Positions 44,114-55,693 are shown, counted from the stretch's first letter. The stretch is 58,771 bases of DNA from Deltaproteobacteria bacterium (GCA_016874845.1 VGSZ01000005.1:1-58771); one strand, 5' to 3'. A program made the numbers and translations. The notes: a model not told the origin generated them from the sequence alone.

Positions 44114-45346
44114 TCAGGCCAGCGCTTCGTGCTTCTTCGACTTCTTCGACCCGGACTTCTTGCCGAAGCCGCACTCCTCGGCGAGCGCCTTGGCGAGGTC
44201 GGTCTTCTCCCACGAGAACTCGGGCCGGCCGAGGTGGCCGTAGGCCGCCGTGCGCTCGTAGCCATGCTTCAGCAGCTTCAGGTGCTCGATGAGGCCGAGG
44301 GGCCGCAGCGGGAACAGCTTGCGGATGGCCTTCTCGATGCGCTCGGCCTCGACGACCTCGGTGCCGAAGCAGTCGACCATCACGCTGACCGGCTCGGCGA
44401 CGCCGATGGCGTAGGCCACCTGCACCTCGCAGCGGCGCGCGAGGCCGGCAGCCACGACGTTCTTGGCGACGTAGCGGGACATGTAGGCCGCCGAGCGGTC
44501 GACCTTCGACGGGTCCTTGCCCGAGAAGGCGCCGCCGCCGTGACGACCCATGCCGCCGTAGGTGTCGACGATGATCTTGCGACCGGTGACGCCAGCGTCG
44601 CCCATCGGACCGCCGACGACGAAGTTGCCCGTCGGGTTGATGAAGAACTTGGTCTGCTTCGTCAGCATCTTCGCCGGCAGCGCCTTCTTGACGACGTCAT
44701 CCATCACCGCTTCGCGTAGCCTGGGCAGCGTGATCTCGGGCGCGTGCTGCGTCGACACGACAACGGTGTCGATCCACGCCGGGCGGCCGTCGACGTACTG
44801 GATCGTGACCTGGCTCTTGCCGTCGGGGCGCAGCCACCTCAGGCTGCTGCGGCGCGCGTCCGCCAGCCGCTTCGTGACGGCGTGGGCGTAGGCGATGGGC
44901 ATCGGCATCAGCTCGGGGGTCTCGTCGCAGGCGAAGCCGAACATCAGGCCCTGGTCGCCTGCGCCCATCTCGCGCTTTTCGCCCTTCTTCGCCTTGTCAC
45001 CCTTGCCGACGTCGACACCCATCGCGATGTCGGGCGACTGGCCCTCGATGACGTTCATGACGGCGCAGGTGTTGCCGTCGAAGCCTTTGTCCGAGTGGTC
45101 GAAGCCGATGCGGTTGATCGTGCGGCGCACGATGGCGGGCACGTCGATAACGGCGTTGGTACGGACCTCGCCGGCGACGACACACAGGCCGGTCTTGAAC
45201 AGCGTCTCGACGGCGACGCGCGCGTTCGCGGCGTTCTTGTCGCCGGCGAGGATGGCGTCGAGGATCGCGTCGCTGACCTGGTCGGCCATCTTGTCGGGAT
45301 GGCCTTCGGTGACGGACTCGGACGTGAACAGGTAGCTGCGGGCCAT
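44114..45346 (-). CDS. metK: S-adenosylmethionine synthetase
   Basis: [46 protein letters not shown]. Confidence 0.99.
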   Translation of the reverse strand: MARSYLFTSESVTEGHPDKMADQVSDAILDAILAGDKNAANARVAVETLFKTGLCVVAGEVRTNAVIDVPAIVRRTINRIGFDHSDKGFDGNTCAVMNVIEGQSPDIAMGVDVGKGDKAKKGEKREMGAGDQGLMFGFACDETPELMPMPIAYAHAVTKRLADARRSSLRWLRPDGKSQVTIQYVDGRPAWIDTVVVSTQHAPEITLPRLREAVMDDVVKKALPAKMLTKQTKFFINPTGNFVVGGPMGDAGVTGRKIIVDTYGGMGRHGGGAFSGKDPSKVDRSAAYMSRYVAKNVVAAGLARRCEVQVAYAIGVAEPVSVMVDCFGTEVVEAERIEKAIRKLFPLRPLGLIEHLKLLKHGYERTAAYGHLGRPEFSWEKTDLAKALAEECGFGKKSGSKKSKKHEALA

Positions 45347-45397
45347 GTCGGGATGCTCCACGGGGCCGGCGCCTAACCGCACGGCCGCACTCCCGAG

Positions 45398-45426
45398 CAC
45401 CTAGGTCGGTGACGTCGACGTGTCAA
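45398..45426 (-). promoter_or_regulatory. Putative sigma70-type promoter of metK
   Basis: Minus strand TTGACA-17 nt-TAGGTG, about 50 nt upstream of the start. Confidence 0.4.
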
Positions 45427-45463
45427 CGCGCCGTCACCGTCGGTGGGGGGGCAGCGTCGACGG

Positions 45464-45804
45464 TCAGGCGTGGCGATCGGCGAGCGCCAGCGCCGCCGCC
45501 ACGGCGACGAGCGCCAGCGCCGCCCCCCCGAGAGCACGAGGTTCGCCGCTGCCTCGCCCGTTCCCATGTTCACGACCGCGACCTTGTCAGCGAGGTCGGG
45601 CACCCCGTCGAGGGCGGCGCGCACCTGGCGCTGCCCGAGCCCCTGCCCGACCTTCCCGAGCGACAACACTGCAAGCACGAACGGCGTAGTCGTGGCCCAC
45701 GGCTCCCGCTGCGCGCCACCGACGACGAGCAAGGCCCCAAGGCCGCCCGTAAAGACCAGCACCGCGCCGAGTCCGGTCGCACCGGCTTCCAAGACGGGTT
45801 CCAT
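45464..45804 (-). pseudogene. Small membrane protein with a frameshift in a G7 run
   Basis: MEPVLEAGATGLGAVLV..GTGEAAANLVLSGG then shifts; the alternate frame gives hydrophobic AALALVAVAAALALADRHA*; C7 run at 45523-45529. Confidence 0.55.
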
Positions 45805-45985
45805 GACGCGCGCTCCTTTCGACGGGCCGCGGCGAGGCGGCGTCCGGGACCGACCATGCGGCGCCGCTGCCAGTGCCCGCCGCGCGTCGATCCGCCGGGC
45901 GCGGACGCGGTCGGCGAGGTGCGTCGGCGCGGCGCCCCCCGTGGAGACGTTGTCGCCGTGGACGGTCGCGCCTAGAGTCGTTTTC

Positions 45986-46177
45986 ATGAGCAGCCTCATG
46001 AAGCGCACGCAGCAGGTCGAGAAGAACAAGCGCTATCTCGCCATCGGCGTCGCCGGCGCCGGGGCCGCCGTCACCGCGCTGTTGACCCCGGTGCTCGGCG
46101 TGCCGCTGCTCATCGCCGGCGCCTGGCTCGGCTGGGATTGGTTCAAGTTCCGCGTGAAGAACGGCATGCGCTTCTGA
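45986..46177 (+). CDS. Small (63 aa) membrane protein
   Basis: MSSLMKRTQQVEKNKRYLAIGVAGAGAAV..WDWFKFRVKNGMRF; hydrophobic hairpin; genome-typical codons. Confidence 0.8.
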   Translation: MSSLMKRTQQVEKNKRYLAIGVAGAGAAVTALLTPVLGVPLLIAGAWLGWDWFKFRVKNGMRF

Positions 46178-46297
46178 GGGGCTGAGCCGGCGCTGGCCGA
46201 CCGCCCTGCGGTTCTCGGCGCGCACGGCAACCAACGACCCTGGCCGCGCCCGTCGACCTCGGTCGTCGACGTCGGGGGCGAAGTCGGAGGCGGTGCG

Positions 46298-47046
46298 TTA
46301 CTGCGCGCAGATCCGGCGCTTGTGCACGAACGCGAACGTGCAGCCGCCGGCGGAACGATCGACGGGCGGCGAGCGCACGCCCTCGTGGTCGAAGTTGACC
46401 GTTTCCTCACGGCAGACCGCGCCGGTGGTGCAGCGCTTGCCGGTCGCGCTGCAGTTCGCCACCAGCTCCTCGTCGCGGAAGCCGAGCTGCGCGCTGACGA
46501 CGGTCGCCGGTATCTCGACGTCGCGCAGGGCGTAGTCGCCGAGATCCTCGGGTGCTTCGTCGTCCAGCAGCGTCCCGTTCGCGTCGAAGAAGAAGTTCTT
46601 CCAGCACTGCGGACGGGGGCGCTCGCAATGGACCGAGCCGGCGTACGTACGACAGATCGACTGGCCGACGCCGGTCTCCAGATGGATGCGAGCGCCCGAC
46701 TGCAAGCCGACCCTTTCGAACATGTCCACCGGCGGCCGCGCAGTGTTCACGCCTGACTTGAACCACCAGGAGTCGATCGAGCCGGCCTTCGCGCCGCCCA
46801 CGTTCACGACGCTCGCGACGTCCGTGCAGGATTCGTCTCCGCCTTCGCCCTCGTCCTCGTCCTCGTCTTCGCGTTTGTCTTCGCCTTCGCCGGTCCCGGC
46901 GCGGCACGTGCCAGCGACGCGGTCGCAGGAGCCCGCGCAGTCGTCGTCGTCTTCACAGGCAAGTGCTGCGAGCGGGGGCGGACAGCCGACCCGACGACGG
47001 CGCAGAGGGCCGCAGCGGCGAGCGCTCCGACGACGAGGGGAGTCAT
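46298..47046 (-). pseudogene. Frameshifted Cys-rich lipoprotein with degenerate (GE)n linker
   Basis: Signal peptide MTPLVVGALAAAALCAVVG is out of frame with VG-CPPP..CEDDDDC..GEGEDKREDEDEDEGEG; shift near 46990. Confidence 0.6.
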
Positions 47047-47209
47047 CCTGGCGGAGGGTCGGGGGCGAGGTCACCAGCGCGCGAGCCGCAGGCCAGCCCC
47101 CGAGCCACGGCCCCGTTGATCGTGGACGTCGCCGTCGCAGCCTGACGGATGACCGAGCGCGTCGCGCGACGCATGTCGCGACCGGCACGCACGGGCGCGA
47201 GCGCGCTCT

Positions 47210-48460
47210 TCAGCCATCGTTGTCGAAGCGGTAGGCGCCCTCGCCGGGAGCGAGCCGGTCGATCTCTTGCTGGTTCAAGAACTGCGCGCTGCCGGGGGAG
47301 CCGCGCAGGTGCTGGTTGAAGAAGCCGATGGCGTTGCCGCGGATGACGGGGAACGCGACGTCGGCGGACAGCGCCTCGGGGCCGCAGCCGTCGTCGAGGA
47401 CGTTGCTGACGTCGAGCCTGAGCACGCCGTTGATGGCTTCGACGTCGAGGACGCACAGGTCGCTGTAGGTGAAGTGGCCGGCGCGGCTGAGCGACAGCCA
47501 GCCTTTGGGCGACGGCATGTTCTCGTACAGCGGCAGCGCGTTGGTCTCTTCGGGCAGCGTGCCGTCTTCGCTGGCCGACTGGATGAGCATGGGGATCTGC
47601 ATCTCCTGCAGCGGCGTGCGCATCTGCAGGCCGAGCAGCTCGTGCGATCCGGGGCACTGCGGGACGATGGCGTCGATGCGGCTGTCGGCGCTGGCCGACA
47701 GGAAGCTGGTGATGGCGCCAAACGAGTGGCCGCTGACGCCGACGCGGTCTTCGTCGATGCGGGCGTACAGGTCGACGGGGAGCACGTCAGGCAGCAGGTC
47801 GAGGACCGCGATGACGTCCTCGGGGCGATAGACCAGCGCCTCCACCGTCGAGTCGGGCTGGATGTTGCCGCTGTCCTTCACCTCGCGCAAAAGCTCGACG
47901 ATGGTGTCGCCGGCGTGGTCGGGGGCAACGACGACGTAGCCGTGCGACGCCAAGTACGCCGTGTAAAAGTTCGACTGCAGCCGCGTGCCGCCCTTGCCGT
48001 GCGAGAAGATCACGAGCGGGTAGCGGTCGTCGTCGTCGGCGCGGACGTCGGCGTCGCGCACCGCGATCGTGGGCAGCGCGCCCAGGTCCTCGACGGTCAG
48101 GCCCTCCTGCAGGTCGGGGGGCAGCTCGTTGTACAGGTAGATGGTCTCTTTCTCGGCGTCGCGGGCGGCCTCCTGGGCGGGGTACCAGACCTCGAGGGGC
48201 AGGGTGCGCGGCTGCCCGGCGCGGGGACCGTCGGCCTCGACGCGGTAGTGGTCGATGAGGGTGAAGTGGCGGACGCCCACGGGGTAGGGCCCAGCCGCCG
48301 AGGGGTCGGGGGCGGCGTCAGCGGAGGCCGGGGCGAACGGCAGCGGCTCCCGCGTCGAATGCGGTGCACACGACCACAGCAGCGACAACGACGACAACGA
48401 CCCTGCGAGCGACGCCGCGACGCCGACAACAGCGCGGGCGCCACGAGACGGACGGCTCAT
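47210..48460 (-). CDS. Alpha/beta hydrolase (PAF-AH/dienelactone hydrolase-like), likely lipoprotein
   Basis: GPYPVG, EVWYPA, PLVIFSHG, ASHGYVVVAPDH, GHSFG, AGHFTYSD. Confidence 0.9.
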   Translation of the reverse strand: MSRPSRGARAVVGVAASLAGSLSSLSLLWSCAPHSTREPLPFAPASADAAPDPSAAGPYPVGVRHFTLIDHYRVEADGPRAGQPRTLPLEVWYPAQEAARDAEKETIYLYNELPPDLQEGLTVEDLGALPTIAVRDADVRADDDDRYPLVIFSHGKGGTRLQSNFYTAYLASHGYVVVAPDHAGDTIVELLREVKDSGNIQPDSTVEALVYRPEDVIAVLDLLPDVLPVDLYARIDEDRVGVSGHSFGAITSFLSASADSRIDAIVPQCPGSHELLGLQMRTPLQEMQIPMLIQSASEDGTLPEETNALPLYENMPSPKGWLSLSRAGHFTYSDLCVLDVEAINGVLRLDVSNVLDDGCGPEALSADVAFPVIRGNAIGFFNQHLRGSPGSAQFLNQQEIDRLAPGEGAYRFDNDG

Positions 48461-48468
48461 GGGGCTCC

Positions 48469-50772
48469 TCACCCGCCGCTGCTGGCGAGGCGGCTCTTGG
48501 CGTCTTCGGCGTAGACGCCCTGCGGCTCGACGCGGAGGTACTTCTGCAAGGCCTCCTTCGCTGCCGCCTGCTCCTCGAGCGCCTCCAGCGAGACGGCGAG
48601 CCAGTAATACGTCGACGGGAACTCGCTGGTGGCAGCCAGCGCCTGCGCGTAGCTCTCCTTCGCCTGCGCGTGGTCGTCGGCCTTGGCGAGCGCGCGGCCG
48701 AGCCAAGTGTAGACGTGGGCCTGAATGCCCGGGCTGCGCGACGACGCCTTCTCGGCGGCCTTCTTCAGGTTCTCGACGGACTTCTGGACGTCACCCTTCG
48801 TCATCCAGACCTTGCCGATGTCACGGTGGACCTCGGCGACGTCGTTGGTCTTCAGCATGCTCTGCAGGTGGGCCAGCGCGTCGTCGCTCTTGTTCTCGGC
48901 GTTCAGGCGGCCGGCGCGGGCGAGTCCTAGGTCGAGGTTGTCGCCGAAAATGGCATTGGCGTCGTTGTAGGCCTTGTCGGCGACGTCAAACTTCTTGGCC
49001 CGCGCTCCGACCTCGATGAGCTGCAGGTAGGGCGCGAGGCGGAAGGCGTCGAGCTTGAGGGCGTCGCCGAGCTGCTTGATCGCCGTGTCCCAATCCTTGT
49101 TCGACTTCGCCTGTAGCGCGTCGAACAGCGGCATCTCGGCGTCAGCCCGCAGCAGGCCCCGCGCGGTGTCGATGTCGCGCTGGGTCTCCTTCTCGGAGCC
49201 GGCGCGCACGCGCTGGCCGATGAGCGCCCGACCCAGCGTCGCGTAGCCGCGCTGGCGGTTGCCGAGCGCGTCCTTGCCGAGGTCGAGCAGCGTCGTGACG
49301 TCGTCGAGGGCCACCGGCAGGTTCACCACGTCTTCCATCTCGAGGATGAGCAGGGCGCGCAGGCCGCGGGCGGGGTCGTGGTACAGCTCGAGCTTCAGCG
49401 CTTTATCGAGGGCCTGCCGCGCGCGGAACATGTCGCCGGTGCGCCGGTAGACCTCGCCGGCGAAGACCAGCGCGTTGACGTCGGGGGTATCGCGCAGTGT
49501 GTCGGCGAAGGCGATCATGTCGGCGACCTTGCCCTGCGCCGCCAGCGCGCGGCCGAGCTCGACGCGCACCGGCACCGGCAGCGCCCTGGGGTCGGCGCGT
49601 TGTCTGCGGCCGATGGCCTCGGCGTCGGCGGCGTTGCCAGCGATCCGCGCGGCGATCATCTGCGCGGCGACGCTCAGCGGGTGATCGGGCGCCTTCGTCT
49701 TCGCCCGCGCCGTCGCCTGGACGACCTTCGTCTCGACCTCCTTGACGCCGCGCTCGTTCAACAGGTTCAGCGAGTACGCGTACTGGCTGACGGCGTTGAC
49801 GTTGTCGTCGTCGATCTTCAGCGCGGCCTCGAGCTTGTCGAGCGCCTTCTTGTGGCCGATCGTCGTGTCCTTCTTGACGAGTCCCTGCTGCTCCTTGAGC
49901 AGCGCGAGCACCTCGTCCTGCTGGCGGCGGTGGAGCGTCAGGCCGCCGACGATGCCGACGATGACGAGGAGCAGCAGCGCTGCCAGCCCGAACGTGAAGC
50001 CGAAGCCGTGGCCCTTCTTGCCGATCGGCGTCTGCGGCCCCTGGTAGCCGTAGAGGGTCTGCGCGTAGGCGGCGGCGAACGCCGGGTGCACCGTCTGGGG
50101 CGCCGCGGACAGCGCGGGATCCAAGGCCGCCAACGACCCGGTGAGGTGCGGCATCGAGCCAGTCAGGCGCGGGGAGCCGCCCATCGCCGCCGACAGCGCC
50201 GCGGCCTTCGCCTGCTGTACCCGCACCGCGGCGGCCTCGGCGGCGGCCTCGGCGGCGCGCCGCTCCTCCTCGGCGCGGCGGGCGGCCTCGGCCTCCTCGG
50301 CGGCGCGGCGGGCCGCCTCTTCGGCGGCCCTCTGCGCCGCGATCTCCTCGGGCGACGGCCCGGGGTTGAAGTTGATGCCCTTGGCCTTCAGCGTGCCCCA
50401 CGCGCCGTCGTGCTTGCGGTTGCAGCGGATCGTTTCCTTGAACTCTTCGATGGCCTCTTCGAAGCGGCCGGACTTCTCGAGCATCTGCCCGTGGAAGAAG
50501 TGGGCGTCGGCGTTCTCGGGGTTCGTGCCAAGGACGCACTTGATCTCTTCGAGGGCCTTCGGGACCTTGCCCTGCTCGGCGTAGACGCGCCCGAGGAGCA
50601 GGCGCCCCTCGACGGACTCGGGCACCGCCTTGATGCCCTTCTTGCAGACGACCATCGCCTCCATGAAGCGACCCAGCTGCAAGTACGCGTTCGTCAGCGG
50701 CACGAACGCCTTGGCGTCGGCGGCGAACGCCGTCTCGAGCTTCGACAGGTCTTGCGGGGCGGTATCGCTCAT
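48469..50772 (-). CDS. Tetratricopeptide-repeat membrane protein
   Basis: N-terminal TPRs (AYLQLGRFMEAMVVCKKG..), central TM segment, periplasmic TPR array. Confidence 0.88.
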   Translation of the reverse strand: MSDTAPQDLSKLETAFAADAKAFVPLTNAYLQLGRFMEAMVVCKKGIKAVPESVEGRLLLGRVYAEQGKVPKALEEIKCVLGTNPENADAHFFHGQMLEKSGRFEEAIEEFKETIRCNRKHDGAWGTLKAKGINFNPGPSPEEIAAQRAAEEAARRAAEEAEAARRAEEERRAAEAAAEAAAVRVQQAKAAALSAAMGGSPRLTGSMPHLTGSLAALDPALSAAPQTVHPAFAAAYAQTLYGYQGPQTPIGKKGHGFGFTFGLAALLLLVIVGIVGGLTLHRRQQDEVLALLKEQQGLVKKDTTIGHKKALDKLEAALKIDDDNVNAVSQYAYSLNLLNERGVKEVETKVVQATARAKTKAPDHPLSVAAQMIAARIAGNAADAEAIGRRQRADPRALPVPVRVELGRALAAQGKVADMIAFADTLRDTPDVNALVFAGEVYRRTGDMFRARQALDKALKLELYHDPARGLRALLILEMEDVVNLPVALDDVTTLLDLGKDALGNRQRGYATLGRALIGQRVRAGSEKETQRDIDTARGLLRADAEMPLFDALQAKSNKDWDTAIKQLGDALKLDAFRLAPYLQLIEVGARAKKFDVADKAYNDANAIFGDNLDLGLARAGRLNAENKSDDALAHLQSMLKTNDVAEVHRDIGKVWMTKGDVQKSVENLKKAAEKASSRSPGIQAHVYTWLGRALAKADDHAQAKESYAQALAATSEFPSTYYWLAVSLEALEEQAAAKEALQKYLRVEPQGVYAEDAKSRLASSGG

Positions 50773-50969
50773 GATCGCTTGGACATCCGGGGCTTGTGGC
50801 CGCCGAGGTTGCAGGAACGGCCTACCGACGTCAAACCTCCCGCGCACTCCTCCTGGTCGCGCCGCGGCCCCCCGCTGGACGGCGCTCCCTGACTTGCCCC
50901 TGTTGCTTCCTGCTGGCCCTGCTGGCCCGTGATGTCCCCCGAACGGTCCTCGTCAGGGCCGGAGTCTCG

Positions 50970-51746
50970 ATGAACGCTCCTCCTCGTGCTTTGCTGACTG
51001 GTGCCTCGTCGGGGATCGGCGCCGCGCTGGCCCGTGAACTTTGCCGCCGCGGCGCCCACGTCTGGCTCGGAGCCCGCCGTGCCGACCGGCTGGCGACGCT
51101 GGTCGACGAGCTCCGCGCCGCTGGCGGCGTCGCCCACGCCGTCACCCTCGACGTCGCCGACGCCGCGTCCTGCGCGCGGATCGTCACCGGGCTCGACGAC
51201 GACTGCGGCGGCTTCGACGTCGTGATCGCGAACGCCGGCACTGGCGGTCGCACCACCGACCTGTGGAAGATGCAGGTCGACGACGCCGCCGAGCTCGTCG
51301 CCACCAACCTGACCGGCGCGCTGGCCACCTTGCTGCCGCTGTTGCCCCGCATGCGCGGGCGCGGCCGCGGCCACGTGGTGGGCATCTCGTCGCAAGCCGC
51401 CGACATCAAGCAGCCGCAGGGCGCCGTCTACGGCGCCACCAAGGCGGGGCTCAGCTACTTCCTCGACTCGGTGGCGCCCGAGCTGGCCGAGCACGGCATC
51501 GCCACCACCATCGTGCATCCGGGCTTCGTGAAGTCCGAGATGACGGCGAAGAACAAGTTTCCGATGCCGTTTCTCGTCGAGACCGACGCCGCCGCCCGCC
51601 GCATCGCCGACGCCATCGAGGCCCGGCAGCGGTGGCTGCGCTTCCCCTGGCAGATCGCGGTGGCGATCACCGTCGCGTCGTGGATCCCCGGCTCGGTGCG
51701 CGCGTCGATCACCCGCAAGTCGGTGCCGCCCCCGCCGTCTTCCTGA
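50970..51746 (+). CDS. Short-chain dehydrogenase/reductase
   Basis: TGASSGIG, NAG, YGATK, PGFVKS. Confidence 0.93.
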   Translation: MNAPPRALLTGASSGIGAALARELCRRGAHVWLGARRADRLATLVDELRAAGGVAHAVTLDVADAASCARIVTGLDDDCGGFDVVIANAGTGGRTTDLWKMQVDDAAELVATNLTGALATLLPLLPRMRGRGRGHVVGISSQAADIKQPQGAVYGATKAGLSYFLDSVAPELAEHGIATTIVHPGFVKSEMTAKNKFPMPFLVETDAAARRIADAIEARQRWLRFPWQIAVAITVASWIPGSVRASITRKSVPPPPSS

Positions 51747-51779
51747 CGGCCCGGCCCCGCCGCGCCGCCGTCGCGCTGC

Positions 51780-52492
51780 CTACGCATCTGCCGCCAGCGA
51801 CGACCTCACGCCGAGCAGGGACTCGTGGTGCGGGCCGAGGAACAGCCCGCGCGGATCGAGCCGCGCGCGCACCGCGAGGAGGTCGTCGCAGCGCGGATAC
51901 AGCGCCCGCAGCGTCGGCGCCGTCAGCGTGTGCTGCTTCCCCCAGTGCGTGCGCGCCGCAAACGGCGCCAGCGCCCGCTCGACGTCGACGAACAGCCCGC
52001 GCCACGGCAGCCGGTGGTACTGCAGCGTGCCGAGGTAGGCGCTGTCGCGGCCGTGCAGCGGCGACAGCCACACGTCGTCGCCCCTCACGAAGCGCGGGTG
52101 CTCGTCGCCGTGACGCCGGCGATGGACTGGTGCGGGATCGAGCCGAGGCTCGACAGCGCGAGGCCGCGGGCGTCGAGCAGCTCGTGCAGGTCGCGTGGCC
52201 ACATGCCGGCGTGCACCGTCAACTGCCGCCGCTCGACGTCGACGCCGCGCAGGCCCGCGAGCCGGTCGAGCGAGACGAGCACGCCGCGCGGGTGACGGGT
52301 CAGGTCGCTCCACGCGTGGCCGCCGCCCACCACCCGCAGCGGCAGGCCCTCGCGCAGCCCGCGCTGCACCAGCGTCACGACCGCGTCGACGCTCTCGGGC
52401 AGGGCGAAGGGAAAGTCGCGGTGCTCGACGGTGCCCGCCCAGTTGCGCCACGTCGTGCGCGTCGTCGTCGAGATGAGCGCGGCCCGATCCAT
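51780..52492 (-). pseudogene. Aldonolactone oxidase (ALO/GULO-type FAD oxidase) with large internal deletion
   Basis: N-terminal WRNWAG..VGGGHAWS..SIAGVTATST joined out of frame at ~52097 to C-terminal RFVRGDDVWLSP..HWGK..LDPRGLF; the central part is absent. Confidence 0.85.
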
Positions 52493-52578
52493 GAGGCGCA
52501 CTGTGCCGGGTCCGGCGCGATCCGGATCCGCCTTTCGCCGGGCTTGTCGTCGACCCTTGAGTCCTCGACGCTCCTCTC

Positions 52579-53727
52579 ATGAGCATCTCGCGCTGCGTCC
52601 CGGGTGTCGCGCTGTGCCTGCTGGCCGCCTGCGGCGAGCCCGCCGGCGACGTCGTCGTGCGGTGGCAGGACCGGGACGCTGGTGCCGACGTCGTCGCGCC
52701 GGTGGCGGACGCTGGCGAAGCCCTCGATCCTGTCATCGACGCTGGCGCCCCTGACGCCGTCGACGCCGGCGAGCCCGACGTCGTCGACGCCGGCGAGCCC
52801 GACGTCGTCGACGCCGGCGAGCCCGACGTCGTCGACGCTGGCGAGGCTGACGCTGGCGAGCCGGCGACGCCGCTGCGGGTGGCCGTGATCTCCGACCTGA
52901 ATGGCTCCTACGGCGCGACGACGTACGGCTCCCCGGTGCACGCCGCCGTCGACGCGCTCGTGGCCGACCCACCCGACCTCGTGCTCGTCACCGGCGACAT
53001 GGTCGCCGGACAGCAGGCCGGGCTCGATTATGCCGGGATGTGGCGGGGCTTCCACGACGCCGTCACCGAGCCCCTCACCGCTGCGGGCATCCCCGTCGCC
53101 GTCACGCCCGGCAACCACGACGCCTCCGGCTACAGCGGCTTTGGCGCCGAGCGCGACGAGTACGCCCGCCAGTGGCGCGCCCGTGTCCCCGCCGTCGAGT
53201 TCGTCGACGACGACGACTACCCGTTTCGCTACGCCTTCCGCGCCGGCCGGGCGCTGTTCGTCAGCCTCGACGACACGCTGGTGGGGCCGCTGGCCTTCGA
53301 GCAGCGCGCCTGGCTCGACGACGTGCTGCGCACCGACGACCCGGTGAAGGTCGTGTTCGGCCACGTGCCGCTGCACCCGTTCACCATCGGCCGCGAGACC
53401 GAGATCCTCGCCGACGATGACCTCGAAGACGTCATGGTCGCCCGCGGCGTCGATGTCTTCGTCAGTGGCCACCACCACGGCTACTTCCCCGGCGTCCACG
53501 GCGCCCTGCGCGTCGTGTCGATGGCCTGCCTCGGCGGCGGGCCGCGCGCGCTGGTGGGCACGTCGTCGCCGTCGCCCCGCAGCCTCGTGCGCTTCGTCGT
53601 CGATGACGCCGGCCTGCGTGCGCTCGACGCCTTCGGCGGAAGCACCTTCGACACGATCGTGCTGCGCTCGTCGCTGCCGTCGTCCCTCGGCAGCGGCGCC
53701 ACGCTCGTCCGCCGTGACGATCTGTGA
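52579..53727 (+). CDS. Calcineurin-like metallophosphoesterase lipoprotein
   Basis: Lipobox LLAA-C; ISDLN, TGDMV, PGNHD, GHVP, SGHHH. Confidence 0.9.
   Translation: MSISRCVPGVALCLLAACGEPAGDVVVRWQDRDAGADVVAPVADAGEALDPVIDAGAPDAVDAGEPDVVDAGEPDVVDAGEPDVVDAGEADAGEPATPLRVAVISDLNGSYGATTYGSPVHAAVDALVADPPDLVLVTGDMVAGQQAGLDYAGMWRGFHDAVTEPLTAAGIPVAVTPGNHDASGYSGFGAERDEYARQWRARVPAVEFVDDDDYPFRYAFRAGRALFVSLDDTLVGPLAFEQRAWLDDVLRTDDPVKVVFGHVPLHPFTIGRETEILADDDLEDVMVARGVDVFVSGHHHGYFPGVHGALRVVSMACLGGGPRALVGTSSPSPRSLVRFVVDDAGLRALDAFGGSTFDTIVLRSSLPSSLGSGATLVRRDDL
52753..52848. repeat. 24-bp tandem repeat encoding (DVVDAGEP)n
   Basis: gacgtcgtcgacgccggcgagccc, about 4 copies. Confidence 0.85.
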
Positions 53728-53802
53728 AGCCCCGGCTACGCCGCGACCACGCCCGCCGTCGATGACCGCCGCACGAACGATCCGCAGAGAGCCTGTCTCC
53801 CG

Positions 53803-55690
53803 GTGGCTGGTTTCGCGCGCGCGGCCCGCGCGTTGCATCGCCTCCCCAGGCGTCGTTCCCTGCTGCTCGCTGTCGTCGCCCTCTCGCTGCTGTCGGGCTG
53901 CCCCGAGGAGCCGTCGGCTCCCGACGGTGCCAGCGAAGCCGAGGGCGAAGGCGAGGGCGAGAGTGACGGCGAGGCCGGCGCCGACCGCGAGCGCGACGGC
54001 GTGCCCGACGGCTTCGATGCCAACGCCGACAACCCCTGCGTCCCGTTCGCGCAGAGCTTACGGGCTGCTGAACGCCGCCGAACCCGACACCGACAGCGAC
54101 GGCGTCGCCAACGTCGATGACCCGCTGGCCCTCGGCCCTTGCCTGCCCGACCCGCGCAACCAGCGGTGCGCCGGTCGCCCGCCCGCCGGTGACCCCCGAC
54201 AGCGACTGCACGCAAAACGGCGTCGACCCCGCCGATCTCGAGCCGTACGCGCCGGTGGTCGATGTGCTCGCCTGTCCGCGTGGCGGCGAGGACAACGACG
54301 GCACGCTGAACGACGACGATCCCGACGACGTGAACGCGTGCGATCCCGATCCGCAGTCGTTGGCCTGCGTCGGCGGCTCGCTGGCGAACTTCTGCACCGG
54401 CAACGGCCCGCCGGTGAACAACGACCTGAACGGCGACGAGCAGTGCGCCGGGCAGCTGGCCGAGCAGGCGTTCCAGAACGCGCCGTGCGCCTGCGAACCG
54501 ATCAACGACGACGGCAGCCAGCTGAACACCGATGCGTTCGACTCGCGCCGCGGCGCGTTCAACGCGTTGTTGCCCGGCGGGGGACCAACCTCCTGCGCGA
54601 GGGCGACGTCGGGCAGAACAAGCTGCTGGCGGCCGCCTCGCTGAATTTCCAGCTGAACGGCGATCTGACCGTGGGCGGCAACGCAACGGTGAAGGGCAAC
54701 TCGAACGAGCTCGGCAACGTCTTCGTCGCTGGCAGCGCCACTCTCGGCGGCATGACTGGCAACGTCTCCGCGACCGGCCAGCTGCTGTCGTCGCGCCACA
54801 ACGTGTCCGGCACGGTGACCACCGGCGTCGTCGTTGCCGACCCGTGTCCGTGCGCGGCGGACCAGAGCATCAACATCGCCGAGCTGACCCGCCGCGTCGG
54901 CTCGAACCACTGCGCGATCACCGACGACGCCTGCGCGGCACCGACCGACTGCCGCGACGTCTGTCTGCTGGGCGCCTGCACCGTCTCGGGGGCGGCGTGC
55001 ACCAGCGACGCGCAGTGCACCAGCGTCGACGTCCGCGAGCCGCCGCAGAACGACAACGAGAACGGGCGCTGCGGCGCCGCTCGCGCCGTGTGCACCGCCG
55101 CCGCCGAGTGCGACGCTGGCGACACCTGCGGCGCTGGCGGTCGCTGCAGCTCGACGCGCCTGCGCTGCGGCGACAACACCGACTGCAGCGCCGTCGTCGC
55201 GACCTACACCTGCACGCCCGACGCCGTCACCGATGCCTCGCGCTACGCGAGCGCTGACGTCGATGCGCCCGACCTGCTGGTGCTGCCGTGAGGTCGGTTC
55301 TTCCTGACCCAGATGAACCGGAGCACGCTCAACATTCGCGCTACCGGCCGCACCGTGCTGTCCGTCGACGGCAACCTGACCACCTGCAGCTTCAGCATCA
55401 CCGTTGACCCCGGCGCCGAGCTCGACATCTTCGTGCGCGGCCGGCTCGAGTCGTCGGCGTCCACGATCCTCGGCGACCCCACACGGCCGGTGGCCCTACG
55501 CCGCTACGTGGGACAAACTACGATCTTCAACTCCGTGGCCAAGGTGAACGCCAACCTGTACGCCCCCGCGTCAACCTCGTCTCCGGCACCGCCACCGTCC
55601 ACGGCGCGCTGTTCGTCAATCGGCTGACCATCGCCGGCAACACGCTGCTCCACTGCGACGTCGCCGTGCGCGACGCCGGCACCGGCGGCC
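53803..55690 (+). pseudogene. Multiply disrupted Cys-rich lipoprotein (TSP3-like repeats, DUF7305-like C-terminus)
   Basis: Lipobox LLSG-C and GE linker; frameshifts near 54058, 54178, 54582 and 55570; in-frame TGA at 55289-55291 in LVLP*GRFFL. Confidence 0.75.
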
Positions 55691-55693
55691 CAC

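Noticed and set aside
45347-45400. SAM riboswitch upstream of metK
   Set aside because: The leader after the putative promoter is only about 45 nt and lacks recognisable SAM riboswitch motifs.
48469-50772. Assigning the TPR protein to a named gliding or pilus motility gene
   Set aside because: It resembles myxobacterial TPR proteins, but I cannot tie it to a specific gene without a search.
55289-55291. In-frame TGA at a likely Cys position as selenocysteine
   Set aside because: The same gene has about four frameshifts, and the downstream hairpins are short and not convincingly SECIS-like.
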